Below, piece by piece: positions 34,962-43,809 of a stretch of DNA of 49,225 nt. Source of the DNA: Methanobacteriota archaeon (lineage in GTDB: Archaea; Thermoplasmatota; Thermoplasmata; RBG-16-68-12); assembly GCA_005878665.1 (NCBI GenBank), contig VBLR01000151.1:1-49225 (forward strand). Reading direction: 5' to 3'. The translations under genes were made by a program, and so were the position numbers. Each line of letters opens with the position of its first letter. Positions within the stretch are counted from its first letter, which is position 1. The notes beneath the pieces are model-generated. The model searched no databases. It saw only the letters and a list, made by a program, of their open reading frames with translations, and was not told where the DNA came from.

Positions 34962-35672
34962 GTGAAGAAGCATCTGAAGCGGTTGCCGGCGCCCCGCAGC
35001 TGGACGATTCCGAGGAAGACGGATTTCTGGGTCGTGAAGCCCTCGGCGGGTCCGCATCCGATCGATGCGAGCGTCCCCCTCGGACTGATCCTTCGAGACA
35101 TGCTGAAGGTCTGCGCCAGCGCGCGGGAGGCCCGGCACATCCTGAACGACCGCGGCGTCCTCGTCGACGGCCGTGCCGTCACGGATCCGAAATTCCCGGT
35201 CGGCCTGATGGATGTCCTCTCGTTCGCGACGACGAAGGCCCACTACCGGATGCTCGTCGATACGCGCGGGAAGATGGCCCTCGTCCCCATCGGCGAGGCC
35301 GATTCGAATTGGAAGCTGTGCCGCGTTGAGGACAAGACGACGGTCCGGCGCGGCAAGACGCAGGTGAATCTCCATGACGGGCGGAACGTCCTGCTGGAGA
35401 AAGACGCGTACAAGACCGGCGCCACGCTGAAGGTCCACGTCCCGGACCAGAAAGTCGTCGAGCACTACGAGCTCGGAAAGGGGGCGCCGGTCCTCGTGAC
35501 GGGAGGCCAACACGTCGGCGAGATCGCGCACGTCCTCGACATCCAGAGGACGCGGAATCCGCGGGCCAACATCGTGACATTCACGGAAGGCTTCTCGACG
35601 GACATCGGCAAGGTGTTCGTCGTCGGCAAGGAGGCCCCATCGATCAAGACGCCGGAGGTGTCGGCGCTCTAG
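34962..35672 (+). CDS. rps4e: 30S ribosomal protein S4e
   Basis: [33 protein letters not shown]...[26 protein letters not shown] start. The track ORF starting at 34815 lies inside rpl24. Confidence 0.95.
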   Translation: MKKHLKRLPAPRSWTIPRKTDFWVVKPSAGPHPIDASVPLGLILRDMLKVCASAREARHILNDRGVLVDGRAVTDPKFPVGLMDVLSFATTKAHYRMLVDTRGKMALVPIGEADSNWKLCRVEDKTTVRRGKTQVNLHDGRNVLLEKDAYKTGATLKVHVPDQKVVEHYELGKGAPVLVTGGQHVGEIAHVLDIQRTRNPRANIVTFTEGFSTDIGKVFVVGKEAPSIKTPEVSAL

Positions 35673-35680
35673 GTGGGACC

Positions 35681-36190
35681 ATGGCGGGCATGCGCGACAT
35701 CCGGATCGAGAAGGTCGTGGTCAACGTCGGCGTCGGCGAGGCGGGCGAGAAGCTCGTGAAGGCGCAGAAGGTCCTCGAGCTCGTGACGAAACAGAAGTCC
35801 GTGCAAACCCTGAGCCATCAGGCGGTCCGGGATTGGGGCGTCCGTCGGAACATGCCGATCGGAACGCGCGTCACGTTGCGGGGCGATCCCGCCGAGGCGT
35901 TCCTGGCGGCCGCGCTCTCGATTCGGAACAACCGCCTCCCGGCATACAGTTTCGACTCGAGCGGGAACTTCTCGTTCGGGATTCAAGACTACACGGATTT
36001 CCAGGGGATGAAGTACGATCCGGAAATCGGCGTGTTCGGGATGGACGTCAGCGTGAGCCTGCAGCGGCCCGGCTGGCGCGTCGCCCGACGTTCGAACAAA
36101 TCCCGCCGGATCCCGCGGCGGCATCGCGTCACACGCGACGAAGGGATGCAGTTCATGAAGGACCGTTTCAAGGTCGAGGTGGTCGTGTGA
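35681..36190 (+). CDS. rpl5: 50S ribosomal protein L5 (uL5)
   Basis: 169 aa: [19 protein letters not shown]...GMDVSVSL. Confidence 0.96.
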   Translation: MAGMRDIRIEKVVVNVGVGEAGEKLVKAQKVLELVTKQKSVQTLSHQAVRDWGVRRNMPIGTRVTLRGDPAEAFLAAALSIRNNRLPAYSFDSSGNFSFGIQDYTDFQGMKYDPEIGVFGMDVSVSLQRPGWRVARRSNKSRRIPRRHRVTRDEGMQFMKDRFKVEVVV

Positions 36191-36333
36191 AGCGGACGAA
36201 AGATTTCGGCCGGAAGCGAGGTTGCCTGCGGTGCGGCCGCAAGCGGGGCATCGTTCGCCGGTACGGGCTCCACCTCTGCCGGCAATGTTTCCGCGAGATC
36301 GCCTACGAGCTCGGCTTCCGGAAGTACAGCTGA
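36187..36333 (+). CDS. rps14: 30S ribosomal protein S14 (uS14, zinc-binding type Z)
   Basis: [48 protein letters not shown] (CxxC...CxxC). The GTG overlaps the rpl5 stop. Confidence 0.93.
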   Translation: MKRTKDFGRKRGCLRCGRKRGIVRRYGLHLCRQCFREIAYELGFRKYS

Positions 36334-36342
36334 GGGGACGCC

Positions 36343-36732
36343 ATGTTACAAGATGCTCTCAACGACGCCATGGTAACAATGCGGAACGCCGAGGCGGCGG
36401 GCAAGACGGACTGCGTGATCCGGCCTGCGTCGAAGCTGATCGGCCGTGTCCTCAAGGTGATGCAGGAGAACGAGTACATCCGGTCGTTCGAGCTGATCGA
36501 GGACGGCCGCGGGAACCTCTACCGCGTGGCGTTGGTCGGCAGCATCAACAATTGCGGCGTGATCAAGCCGAGGTTCGCCGTCAAGCGGACGGAACTGGAA
36601 AAGTGGGAGGCCCGATACCTTCCCGCGCAGGACTTCGGCGTACTCATCCTGACGACCACGGAAGGCGTGATCTCTCAAACGAAGGCGAAGCAGATCGGCG
36701 TGGGCGGCAAGCTCATCGCATACGTGTACTAG
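36343..36732 (+). CDS. rps8: 30S ribosomal protein S8 (uS8)
   Basis: MLQDALNDAMVTMRNAEAAGK...GVISQTKAKQIGVGGKLIAYVY. Confidence 0.96.
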   Translation: MLQDALNDAMVTMRNAEAAGKTDCVIRPASKLIGRVLKVMQENEYIRSFELIEDGRGNLYRVALVGSINNCGVIKPRFAVKRTELEKWEARYLPAQDFGVLILTTTEGVISQTKAKQIGVGGKLIAYVY

Positions 36733-36740
36733 GTGACAAC

Positions 36741-37286
36741 ATGCCGGTAGCGGGGTTGCTGGAAGAGGCCGTCGAGATTCCCTCCGGGGTCCAGCTCAAG
36801 GTCGACGGCGACTTCGTCGTCGTGACGGGCGGCGGCCACACCCTCCGACGCCGGCTCTCTCACCCCCGGTTGCGCATCGATGTGAAAGGGCAACAGGCCA
36901 CCATACGGTGCGAGTTCCCGCGGCGGAAAGAGGCGGCTCTCGTGGGCACGTTCGCGGCCCACCTGCGAAACATGGTCGTCGGGGTCAAGGAGGGCTTCAC
37001 GTACGAGATGAAGATCGTCTACAGCCACTTCCCGCTGAAGGCCACCGTGAAGGGCTCCGAATTCATCATCGAAAACTTCCTCGGCGAGAAGTTCCCGCGC
37101 AAGACGAGGATCCTCGGGGACACAAAGGTCGAGGTGAAGGGCGACCAAGTCCTCCTCAGCGGCCCGGACGTCGAGGCGGTCGGTCAGACGGCCGCGAACA
37201 TCGAGCAGGCCACCCGAATTCGCGGATTCGACCCGCGGATTTTCCAGGACGGGATTTATATCACGAAGAAGGCCGGGGAGGCGTGA
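36741..37286 (+). CDS. rpl6: 50S ribosomal protein L6 (uL6)
   Basis: MPVAGLLEEAVEIPSGVQLKVDGDFVVVTG...HLRNMVVGVKEGFTYEMKIVYSHFP. The ATG at 36741 lies within the longer track ORF. Confidence 0.95.
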   Translation: MPVAGLLEEAVEIPSGVQLKVDGDFVVVTGGGHTLRRRLSHPRLRIDVKGQQATIRCEFPRRKEAALVGTFAAHLRNMVVGVKEGFTYEMKIVYSHFPLKATVKGSEFIIENFLGEKFPRKTRILGDTKVEVKGDQVLLSGPDVEAVGQTAANIEQATRIRGFDPRIFQDGIYITKKAGEA

Positions 37287-37287
37287 C

Positions 37288-38076
37288 ATGGCCGAGGAGA
37301 AGGAGCCGAAGGCGGACGCCAAGCCGGCGAAGAAGGCGAAGAAGACCGCCGTCCCGGAGGTCCCCGAGCCCGAGCAACCGCTCCCCACGGCCGCCGAGAT
37401 CCGCGCCGCCAAGAAGGCCGAACTCGTCGAATGGTCCGAGCGATACGGCCTCAGTCAAGAGGGGAAGGTCGACGACCTCCGGAGGCGTCTCCGCGCGTTT
37501 GTCGAGAAGAAGGCGGCGAAAGAGGCTCCTCCGAAAGAGGAAAAGCCCGCGCCTCCGAAAGAGGAGAAGAAGCCCAAGGAGAAGCCGAAGGAGAAACCGA
37601 AGCCTCCGAAAGAGAAGAAGGGAAAGAAGGAAGCGGAAGAAGAGGAGCCGGAAGAAGCGGTCCACGAACCGCGGGCGAAGCCGAAGCTCGAGCCTCATCT
37701 GAAGCGACTCCTCGCGTTCCGATCTGCGAAGAATGCGGCGCGGCCCAAGTTCCGCCGCCAAGAGTGGTTCCGGTATCGGAGGTTCGCCGACGCGTGGCGA
37801 AAGCCGCAGGGCGGCCAGTCGAAGCTCCGCCGCCACTTCGGCTACCGATGGAACCTCCCGTCGATCGGCTATCGGGGCCCGCGGGCGGTTCGCGGGCTCC
37901 ACCCGAGCGGCTTCGAGGAAGTCCTGGTGCATAACGAACGACAACTCGAAGGGCTGGACTCGGCGAAGCAGGCGGTCCGGATCGCCCATGCGGTCGGAAG
38001 CCGCAAGCGCGAGCTCATCGAGAAAGCGTGCGACGAGAAAGGCCTCCGCGTGCTGAACCGGATGGTGACCAAATGA
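37288..38076 (+). CDS. rpl32e: 50S ribosomal protein L32e with ~130-aa N-terminal extension (SAP-like motif plus PPKEEK repeats)
   Basis: The C-terminal core is RPKFRRQEWFRYRRFADAWRKPQGGQSKLRRH...GLHPSGFEEVLVHN. The N-terminus contains AELVEWSERYGLSQEGKVDDLRRRLRAFV (SAP-like helix-extended-helix) and a Lys/Glu/Pro low-complexity region. Confidence 0.92.
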   Translation: MAEEKEPKADAKPAKKAKKTAVPEVPEPEQPLPTAAEIRAAKKAELVEWSERYGLSQEGKVDDLRRRLRAFVEKKAAKEAPPKEEKPAPPKEEKKPKEKPKEKPKPPKEKKGKKEAEEEEPEEAVHEPRAKPKLEPHLKRLLAFRSAKNAARPKFRRQEWFRYRRFADAWRKPQGGQSKLRRHFGYRWNLPSIGYRGPRAVRGLHPSGFEEVLVHNERQLEGLDSAKQAVRIAHAVGSRKRELIEKACDEKGLRVLNRMVTK

Positions 38077-38537
38077 GGTTCGACTACCAGCGGCGCCTCG
38101 CGGCGTCGATCATGGGCATCGGCGTCAACCGCGTGTGGATCACGACCGACCCGAAGGTCCAGGACGACATCCTCGACGCGATCACCCGGGATGGAATTCG
38201 CAACCTGATCCGCAAGAACATCATCCAGAAGCGGCCGGTACGAGGCGTTTCCCGCGGGCGTGCCCGTCACCGGGCCGCGCAGCGGGCAAAGGGTCGGCGC
38301 CGCGGCCACGGCAGCCGCAAAGGCGCCCTGAATGCGCGGACGCCGCAGAAAACCCGCTGGATCCAGATCATCCGGGGCATGCGTCGTTACCTGCGCGAGC
38401 TCCGCGACCAGGGGCGGATCGATGCGTCCACGTACCGACGGTTCTACGGCCAGTCCAAGGGCGGCATGTTCAAATCGAAGTCCCACTTGGACCAGCAGTT
38501 GCGCGCCGCCGGCGTTATCAAGGAGGCACCGAAGTGA
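38073..38537 (+). CDS. rpl19e: 50S ribosomal protein L19e
   Basis: MRFDYQRRLAASIMGIGVNRVWITTDP...RGHGSRKG. The ATG overlaps the rpl32e stop (ATGA). Confidence 0.95.
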   Translation: MRFDYQRRLAASIMGIGVNRVWITTDPKVQDDILDAITRDGIRNLIRKNIIQKRPVRGVSRGRARHRAAQRAKGRRRGHGSRKGALNARTPQKTRWIQIIRGMRRYLRELRDQGRIDASTYRRFYGQSKGGMFKSKSHLDQQLRAAGVIKEAPK

Positions 38538-39034
38538 AGCAAGGACCCCACTACCGAGTTCCTTTCCGGCGGCGCCGCGAAGGCCGCACGGACTATCGTG
38601 CGCGGTCGAAGCTCCTCCGGAGCGGGAAGCCCCGGGTCGTCGTCCGGAAGACGCTCAACCAGACGATCGTGCAGTTCATCGTGGCGGACCCCACGGGAGA
38701 CCGGGTCGTCGCGACCGCGCAGTCCCTCGAGTTGAAGGACCGCGGGTGGGCCGCGGGCACGGGCAACCTCCCGGCCGCGTACTTGACCGGGTATCTCGCG
38801 GGCAAACGGGCCTCCGCCAAAGGGGTGACCGAGGCCATCCTCGATTTGGGATTACAACGGCCGTCGAAGGGCGGCCGCCTGTTCGCCGCCCTCCAAGGCC
38901 TCCTCGACTCCGGCGTTTCGGTGCCGCACAGCCCGGAGGTCTTGCCGTCGAAAGAGCGGATTCGCGGCGCGCACATCGGGGAGTCGATTCCCACGCAGTT
39001 CGATGCGGTGAAGTCGAAGCTGGAGGCGCCCTGA
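38534..39034 (+). CDS. rpl18: 50S ribosomal protein L18 (uL18)
   Basis: VKQGPHYRVPFRRRREGRTDYRARSKLLRSGKPRVVVRKTLNQTIVQ. The GTG overlaps the rpl19e stop. Confidence 0.95.
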   Translation: MKQGPHYRVPFRRRREGRTDYRARSKLLRSGKPRVVVRKTLNQTIVQFIVADPTGDRVVATAQSLELKDRGWAAGTGNLPAAYLTGYLAGKRASAKGVTEAILDLGLQRPSKGGRLFAALQGLLDSGVSVPHSPEVLPSKERIRGAHIGESIPTQFDAVKSKLEAP

Positions 39035-39885
39035 TGCCGCAGCGGCGCGGGGGGCGCGGCCGCAAGCGGGAGGCCCGAGCCGCGAGGCCGGAGCGGAACC
39101 TCAGCGAGTGGGCGCCGAAGACGAAACTCGGCCGGCTCGTCCTCGCGGGCGAGCTGACGACGCTCGGGGACGCGATCCGGACGGGCCTGCCGATCCGCGA
39201 ACCGGAGATTGTGGACATCCTGCTCCCGGAGACCGAGGACGAGGTCCTGGACGTCAATATGGTGCAACGGATGACGGACTCCGGTCGCCGAGTGAACTTC
39301 GTGATCACGTGCATCGTCGGAAACAAGGATGGCTTCGCGGGCCTCGGCCGTGCGCGCGGCCGTGAGGTCGGTCCGTCGATCCGGCGCGCGATCGATAACG
39401 CGAAACTCAACATGATTGAGATCAAGCGGGGCTGCGGCTCGTGGGAATGCGGCTGCGGCCGATCCCACACGCTTCCGTTCAAGGTGACGGGGAGCAGCGG
39501 ATCCGTCGAAGTGGTCCTCAAGCCGGCGCCTCAGGGGGTCGGCCTCGCGGTGGGCGACATCGCGAAGAGCGTGCTGCGGCTCGCCGGCATCACGGACGCG
39601 TGGGGTTTCACGAAGGGCCACACGAAGACGACTGTCAATTATGCGCTCGCAACGTTCGCCGCGCTCCGGCAGACCGGCCAAGTCAAAGTCCGATCCGAGC
39701 AGACGGAGCGGCTGAAGATCAAGGCCGGCGCGGAACAGGTCTTCACCCGAAAGGTTGAGGCACCGCCGGTCGTGGCCGGAGGACCGCCTCCGGGCGAACT
39801 GCCGGAGGAAATCGAAGTCGAGGGAGCGTCGCTGACGGAAGGGCCGGCGGAGGAAACGAAGGACGAGGAGGCCCCGGAGGAATGA
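39034..39885 (+). CDS. rps5: 30S ribosomal protein S5 (uS5) with acidic C-terminal tail
   Basis: WAPKTKLGRLVLAGELTTL...VQRMTDSGRRVNFVITCIVGNKDGFAGLGRARG, plus a ~60-aa Pro/Glu-rich tail. The ATG overlaps the rpl18 stop. Confidence 0.95.
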   Translation: MPQRRGGRGRKREARAARPERNLSEWAPKTKLGRLVLAGELTTLGDAIRTGLPIREPEIVDILLPETEDEVLDVNMVQRMTDSGRRVNFVITCIVGNKDGFAGLGRARGREVGPSIRRAIDNAKLNMIEIKRGCGSWECGCGRSHTLPFKVTGSSGSVEVVLKPAPQGVGLAVGDIAKSVLRLAGITDAWGFTKGHTKTTVNYALATFAALRQTGQVKVRSEQTERLKIKAGAEQVFTRKVEAPPVVAGGPPPGELPEEIEVEGASLTEGPAEETKDEEAPEE

Positions 39886-40370
39886 GCTTCGCCGTCCTGA
39901 GGATCCGAGGGAAAGGCGACCTCCGTCGCGATGTGAAAGACACCCTCCGGATGCTGCACCTGACCCGCCAGAACCATTGCTCGATCGTCCCGGAAGACCC
40001 CACGTTCCGAGGCATGCTCCAACTCGTGAAGGACCACGTCACCTGGGGCGAAATCGATCCGGAAGTCCTCGCCAAACTCCTCCTAAAGCGCGGCCGCCAG
40101 ATCGGCGACAAGCCGATCGACGACTCGTTCGTGAAGGGCCACAGCAAGTTCAAGTCAATCTGGGATCTGAGCCAGGCGATCACGAAAGGCGAGGCGACCC
40201 TCGCCGACGTGCGCGAGCTCCGCCCCGTCCTCCGGCTCCCGCCGCCGCGGAAAGGCTATCGCGGAATCAAGCGGGGATTCCACGACGGCGGCGACCTCGG
40301 GTACCGCGGAGGAGCGATCAATTCGCTCCTCGTGCGCATGCTCGTCGAGGAGGGGAACGATGGTCTCTAG
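39882..40370 (+). CDS. rpl30: 50S ribosomal protein L30 (uL30)
   Basis: MSFAVLRIRGKGDLRRDVKDTLRMLHLTRQNHCSIV. Confidence 0.95.
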   Translation: MSFAVLRIRGKGDLRRDVKDTLRMLHLTRQNHCSIVPEDPTFRGMLQLVKDHVTWGEIDPEVLAKLLLKRGRQIGDKPIDDSFVKGHSKFKSIWDLSQAITKGEATLADVRELRPVLRLPPPRKGYRGIKRGFHDGGDLGYRGGAINSLLVRMLVEEGNDGL

Positions 40371-40797
40371 GACGCGGAAGTTGCGCGGCAGCCGAACCCA
40401 CGGTCGAGGGAAGAAGCACGGGAGAGGCGCCGGCGGCCGAGGCGGCACCGGCATGGCGGGCCTTCACAAGCACAAATTCAAGTGGATGATCAAGTACGAC
40501 CCGGATCACTTCGGGCGGCACGGCTTCACCCGACACGCGCAGCCTCGCGAGACGAATTCGATCGACCTCGAGGACCTCGTACACCGGATCGCCGAATTCG
40601 AATCCGCTGGCCACGCGCGGAAGGACAACGCTCGAATCGACGTAGACCTCACCGCCGCCGGAATCCACAAGCTATTAGGTTCTGGTCGCGTAACGATGGC
40701 AATGCGGATCACCGTCGCGAAGGCCTCTCCGACGGCCGTCGCGAAGGTCTCCGGCGCTGGCGGCGAGGTCGTCCTCCCAGGGGACGCCGGGAAGTAG
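40360..40797 (+). CDS. rpl15: 50S ribosomal protein L15 (uL15)
   Basis: SRTRKLRGSRTHGRGKKHGRGAGGRGGTGMAGLHKH. Confidence 0.95.
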   Translation: MVSRTRKLRGSRTHGRGKKHGRGAGGRGGTGMAGLHKHKFKWMIKYDPDHFGRHGFTRHAQPRETNSIDLEDLVHRIAEFESAGHARKDNARIDVDLTAAGIHKLLGSGRVTMAMRITVAKASPTAVAKVSGAGGEVVLPGDAGK

Positions 40798-40801
40798 GCC
40801 G

Positions 40802-42406
40802 ATGCCCCTCGAAGAGAAGAAAAAGAGCCGTCTGTACGCCCTGAAACCGCTCACCGACCGGCTCCCGGCGGTCACGCGGCCCGAAGGCCACGTCCACTTC
40901 CGGACGAAGATGTTCTGGGTCCTCGCGATCCTGATCCTCTATTTCGCGATGACGAACATCTTCATCTACGGCCTCGATCGGGCCAATGTCATCGACTTCT
41001 TCTCGAGCCTCCGCGCGATCCTCGCGGGAGCGCAGGGCTCGCTCATGCATCTGGGGATCGGGCCGATCGTCACGGCGTCGATCATCATGCAGCTCTTCGC
41101 GGGTGCGAAGATCATCAACTTGGACCTCCAGGACGACGAGGACAAGAGCGTGTACCAGGGGACCCAGAAGTTCCTCGTCATCGTGATGATCTTCGTCGAG
41201 GCCATTCCCCAAGTCTTCGGCTTCCTCACCCCGGCCGCGGGCTTCGTCAGTGAACTGAACGGCTCGTTTCTGTTCGGCGTTATCTCGGCCGGTCACGGGA
41301 CGAGCCTGGCTGAGATTTTGATTGTCATCCAGCTCTTCGCCGGATCATATCTCGTGTTCCTGATGGACGAGGTCGTCTCGAAGTGGGGAATCGGATCTGG
41401 GATCTCCCTGTTCATCGCGGGCGGCGTCGCCCAGCAAATCTTCACGGGGACGTTCAACTGGGAGCCCTCTCAGGCCGGCGGCGCGATTCCCGCCGGCACG
41501 ATTCCGAAGACCGTGTACTACCTGCAGCACTATTCCGGGAGCCAGCTTGCGAGCGGCGGAATCGAGCAGATCATGGTCGCCCCCCCGAATCCGCTCATCG
41601 CGCTCATCGGTACGGTCGCCATATTCCTGATCGTCGCCTATGTCGAGTCGACGCGGATCGAGCTCCCCTTGGCCCATGGCATGGCCCGGGGGGCTCGCGG
41701 CCGCTACCCGATCCGGCTGATGTACGCGTCGAATATCCCCGTGATCCTGGTCGCCGCCGTCCTCGCGAATGTCAGCATGTTCTCCCTCCTGTTCTGGCAG
41801 CACCCTGAATGGCCCATCGTTGGCCACGCCTCTTGGATCGGCGCGTACCCGGACGCACTGGACATTCGCGTGACGTCCGGGCAGCTCCAACGGACCACGC
41901 CGATCGGCGGACTCGCATACTACTTCTCGAACGTAAACGGGGTCCAAGACTGGCTCCTTCCGCTCTTCAATCCCGTCTCGTACCACGCCTACCTCCGCGG
42001 GCTTGAGTACTGGCAGGTCTTCCTCCACATCCTCGTCTTCCTGGGAGTCTTCATCGGCGGCTCCGTCATGTTCGCGAAGTTCTGGATCATGACCACGAAC
42101 ATGGGGCCCGAGGACGTCGCTCGCCAGATCGAGTCGAGCGGGATGCAGATTCCCGGATTCCGGAGGGATCCTCGGATCTTACGGCGGGTGCTCGACCGGT
42201 ACATCCCCGTGGTGGCGGTGATTTCCGGAGCCTCGGTGGGCGCCCTCGCGGCGGGCGCCGACATGATCGGGACGGTCGGGAATGCCTCTGGCACGGGCGT
42301 CTTGCTCTCCGTCGGCATCATGATCCAAATGTATGAGGCGATCGGGCGAGAGCAGATGATGGAAATGCATCCCGTCTTACGCCAGTTCTTCGGCGCGACG
42401 GGATAA
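40802..42406 (+). CDS. secY: preprotein translocase subunit SecY
   Basis: 534 aa, 10 TM helices, at the conserved position after rpl15. Motifs: LAGAQGSLMHLGIGPIVTASIIMQL, RYIPVVAVISGA. Confidence 0.95.
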   Translation: MPLEEKKKSRLYALKPLTDRLPAVTRPEGHVHFRTKMFWVLAILILYFAMTNIFIYGLDRANVIDFFSSLRAILAGAQGSLMHLGIGPIVTASIIMQLFAGAKIINLDLQDDEDKSVYQGTQKFLVIVMIFVEAIPQVFGFLTPAAGFVSELNGSFLFGVISAGHGTSLAEILIVIQLFAGSYLVFLMDEVVSKWGIGSGISLFIAGGVAQQIFTGTFNWEPSQAGGAIPAGTIPKTVYYLQHYSGSQLASGGIEQIMVAPPNPLIALIGTVAIFLIVAYVESTRIELPLAHGMARGARGRYPIRLMYASNIPVILVAAVLANVSMFSLLFWQHPEWPIVGHASWIGAYPDALDIRVTSGQLQRTTPIGGLAYYFSNVNGVQDWLLPLFNPVSYHAYLRGLEYWQVFLHILVFLGVFIGGSVMFAKFWIMTTNMGPEDVARQIESSGMQIPGFRRDPRILRRVLDRYIPVVAVISGASVGALAAGADMIGTVGNASGTGVLLSVGIMIQMYEAIGREQMMEMHPVLRQFFGATG

Positions 42407-42644
42407 CGATCGAGCGTCTCGGCCGGCGTGGCGCCGCGTCGACCAAAGCGTCGATCGCCGGTGCGATTGACGGAAGTCGTGCATTGGCCGTTCCTCACGT
42501 GTAAACATACCTTTATTCGGCCGTTCGGGGCTTGATGTATGTCGCCTAGGGGTGACCCCGGCTGGCGGGGCGGACAGCTGGCCTGTGCCCTCCGCAGCCC
42601 GCGGCGCACCCAAACGGTAGACGTGGGAACCAGGAGGGGAAGAC

Positions 42645-43241
42645 ATGGGGGAGTGGGACGAGTTCGAGGCCGATACGGCGTTTAGCGAACTCTTGCGAGA
42701 GCTAGATGGCATCCAGGGTGAGAGCCGAGGCCGACGCCCGATTGTGAGGGAGCCGCTCAAACGCGGAATTAAGATCGCGGTGGCTGTGGTCGCCGTCGCG
42801 GTTTCGATGGGTGTGGTCGCGGCCGTAGTCCTGTTCTCACATACATTCAACTACACGGCGCCGACGGCCAAACTGTCGACGACGTGTCCCACGCTGACCA
42901 CGACAGTAGCCGGATCGACGCTCGTCTTCGCCTGTTCGGCCAATCCCGCGCTGAGCGTCGCCTCGACAGCGACCGGCACAGTGACGTATTCGGCGTTTAG
43001 TCCGGCTCCTCCCGTGAGCATCTTGGACATCTACCTGATTGACACCGTCGCCACCCTTGGTGCGACGTGCGGCACGACGTCGAGCAACGGGAACGAGCCC
43101 GTCGCGTTAGCGGTCGGAGGGGGATCGATTACGGTTTCCCAATCAGCGGGCAACCCCCGGCCGGGTCACAACTATGACTACTGCATGGATTTCGCGGTGC
43201 TCCCGCCGAGCTTCAGCACAGGCGTCTCCTGGTCGCAGTAG
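42645..43241 (+). CDS. hypothetical single-pass membrane protein with extracytoplasmic Thr/Ser/Ala-rich, Cys-containing domain
   Basis: AGGAGG lies 7 nt upstream of ATG 42645. A ~40-aa acidic cytoplasmic N-terminus is followed by a TM helix (IKIAVAVVAVAVSMGVVAAVVLF) and a beta-rich domain with 4 Cys. A/T-ending codons are noticeably more frequent than in neighbouring genes. Confidence 0.6.
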   Translation: MGEWDEFEADTAFSELLRELDGIQGESRGRRPIVREPLKRGIKIAVAVVAVAVSMGVVAAVVLFSHTFNYTAPTAKLSTTCPTLTTTVAGSTLVFACSANPALSVASTATGTVTYSAFSPAPPVSILDIYLIDTVATLGATCGTTSSNGNEPVALAVGGGSITVSQSAGNPRPGHNYDYCMDFAVLPPSFSTGVSWSQ

Positions 43242-43271
43242 AATCGGTTCCGGGGATCGACGTTCCGTCGA

Positions 43272-43796
43272 TCACGTCGGCGCCACGCGCACCGTGAGCT
43301 GCTCCGACTCGCTGTCGTACCGCACGAGCTCCGCGTAGCGACCCCAGTACACGAGGGCGTTGAACACATCCGCGGCTTGGTGGCTCCCCACTCGATCCGC
43401 GATTGCCCGAATCACTTCCTCCCGCCCGAGTGCGGCCCCTGCGCTTCGCGCCATGTCCACCACGAGACGGAACGCCGGCAAGTCGTCGATGATTTCGCGG
43501 ATGATCTTCTTGCGTTCCCGCACGCTCGAGCTCAGGAGTTTTCGGCTCAGATCGGTGATCCGGATGTCACCGTCTTCTACCGTCACCAGGCCGAGGAATT
43601 CGGCTGCGTTCAGGATCGGACCCAGCCGGTCGATGTCCATGTCGACTTCCCGAGCGATCGTGGCGACGTCCGCGACACCGCCGACCTCATCGACTGCTTC
43701 CACGAGTCCGAGGATCTGACCCACCGAAACTTTCGACATCGAGCGGAAGTCGGCCACGGGGGTCTTCCGTCCAACATCGTCCCCGATATTTGACAC
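43272..43796 (-). CDS. stand-alone AAA-associated C-terminal domain protein (ABC-ATPase accessory domain, NitT/TauT-type)
   Basis: VSVGQILGLVEAVDEVGGVADVATIAREVDMDIDRLGPILNAAEFLGLVTVEDGDIRITDLSRKLL resembles the domain usually fused to the C-terminus of NitT/TauT-family ABC ATPases. It lies 13 nt downstream of the ATPase gene. Confidence 0.55.
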   Translation of the reverse strand: MSNIGDDVGRKTPVADFRSMSKVSVGQILGLVEAVDEVGGVADVATIAREVDMDIDRLGPILNAAEFLGLVTVEDGDIRITDLSRKLLSSSVRERKKIIREIIDDLPAFRLVVDMARSAGAALGREEVIRAIADRVGSHQAADVFNALVYWGRYAELVRYDSESEQLTVRVAPT

Positions 43797-43809
43797 TTCA
43801 CCTGCCTCC

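Noticed and set aside
37540-37640. Short tandem repeats at DNA level (ccgaaagaggaa/gag... units)
   Set aside because: They are in frame within rpl32e and encode PPKEEK/KPKEKP low-complexity repeats. They have neither the size nor the spacing of a CRISPR array or a non-coding satellite.
42744-42830. Possible type IV pilin/archaellin-like class III signal peptide (VREPLKRG / IKIAVAVVAV) if translation started at internal GTG 42744
   Set aside because: A strong AGGAGG SD sits 7 nt before ATG 42645, and none sits before the GTG. A Lys at +2 after the putative cleavage site is atypical, and no pilus/archaellum assembly genes are nearby.
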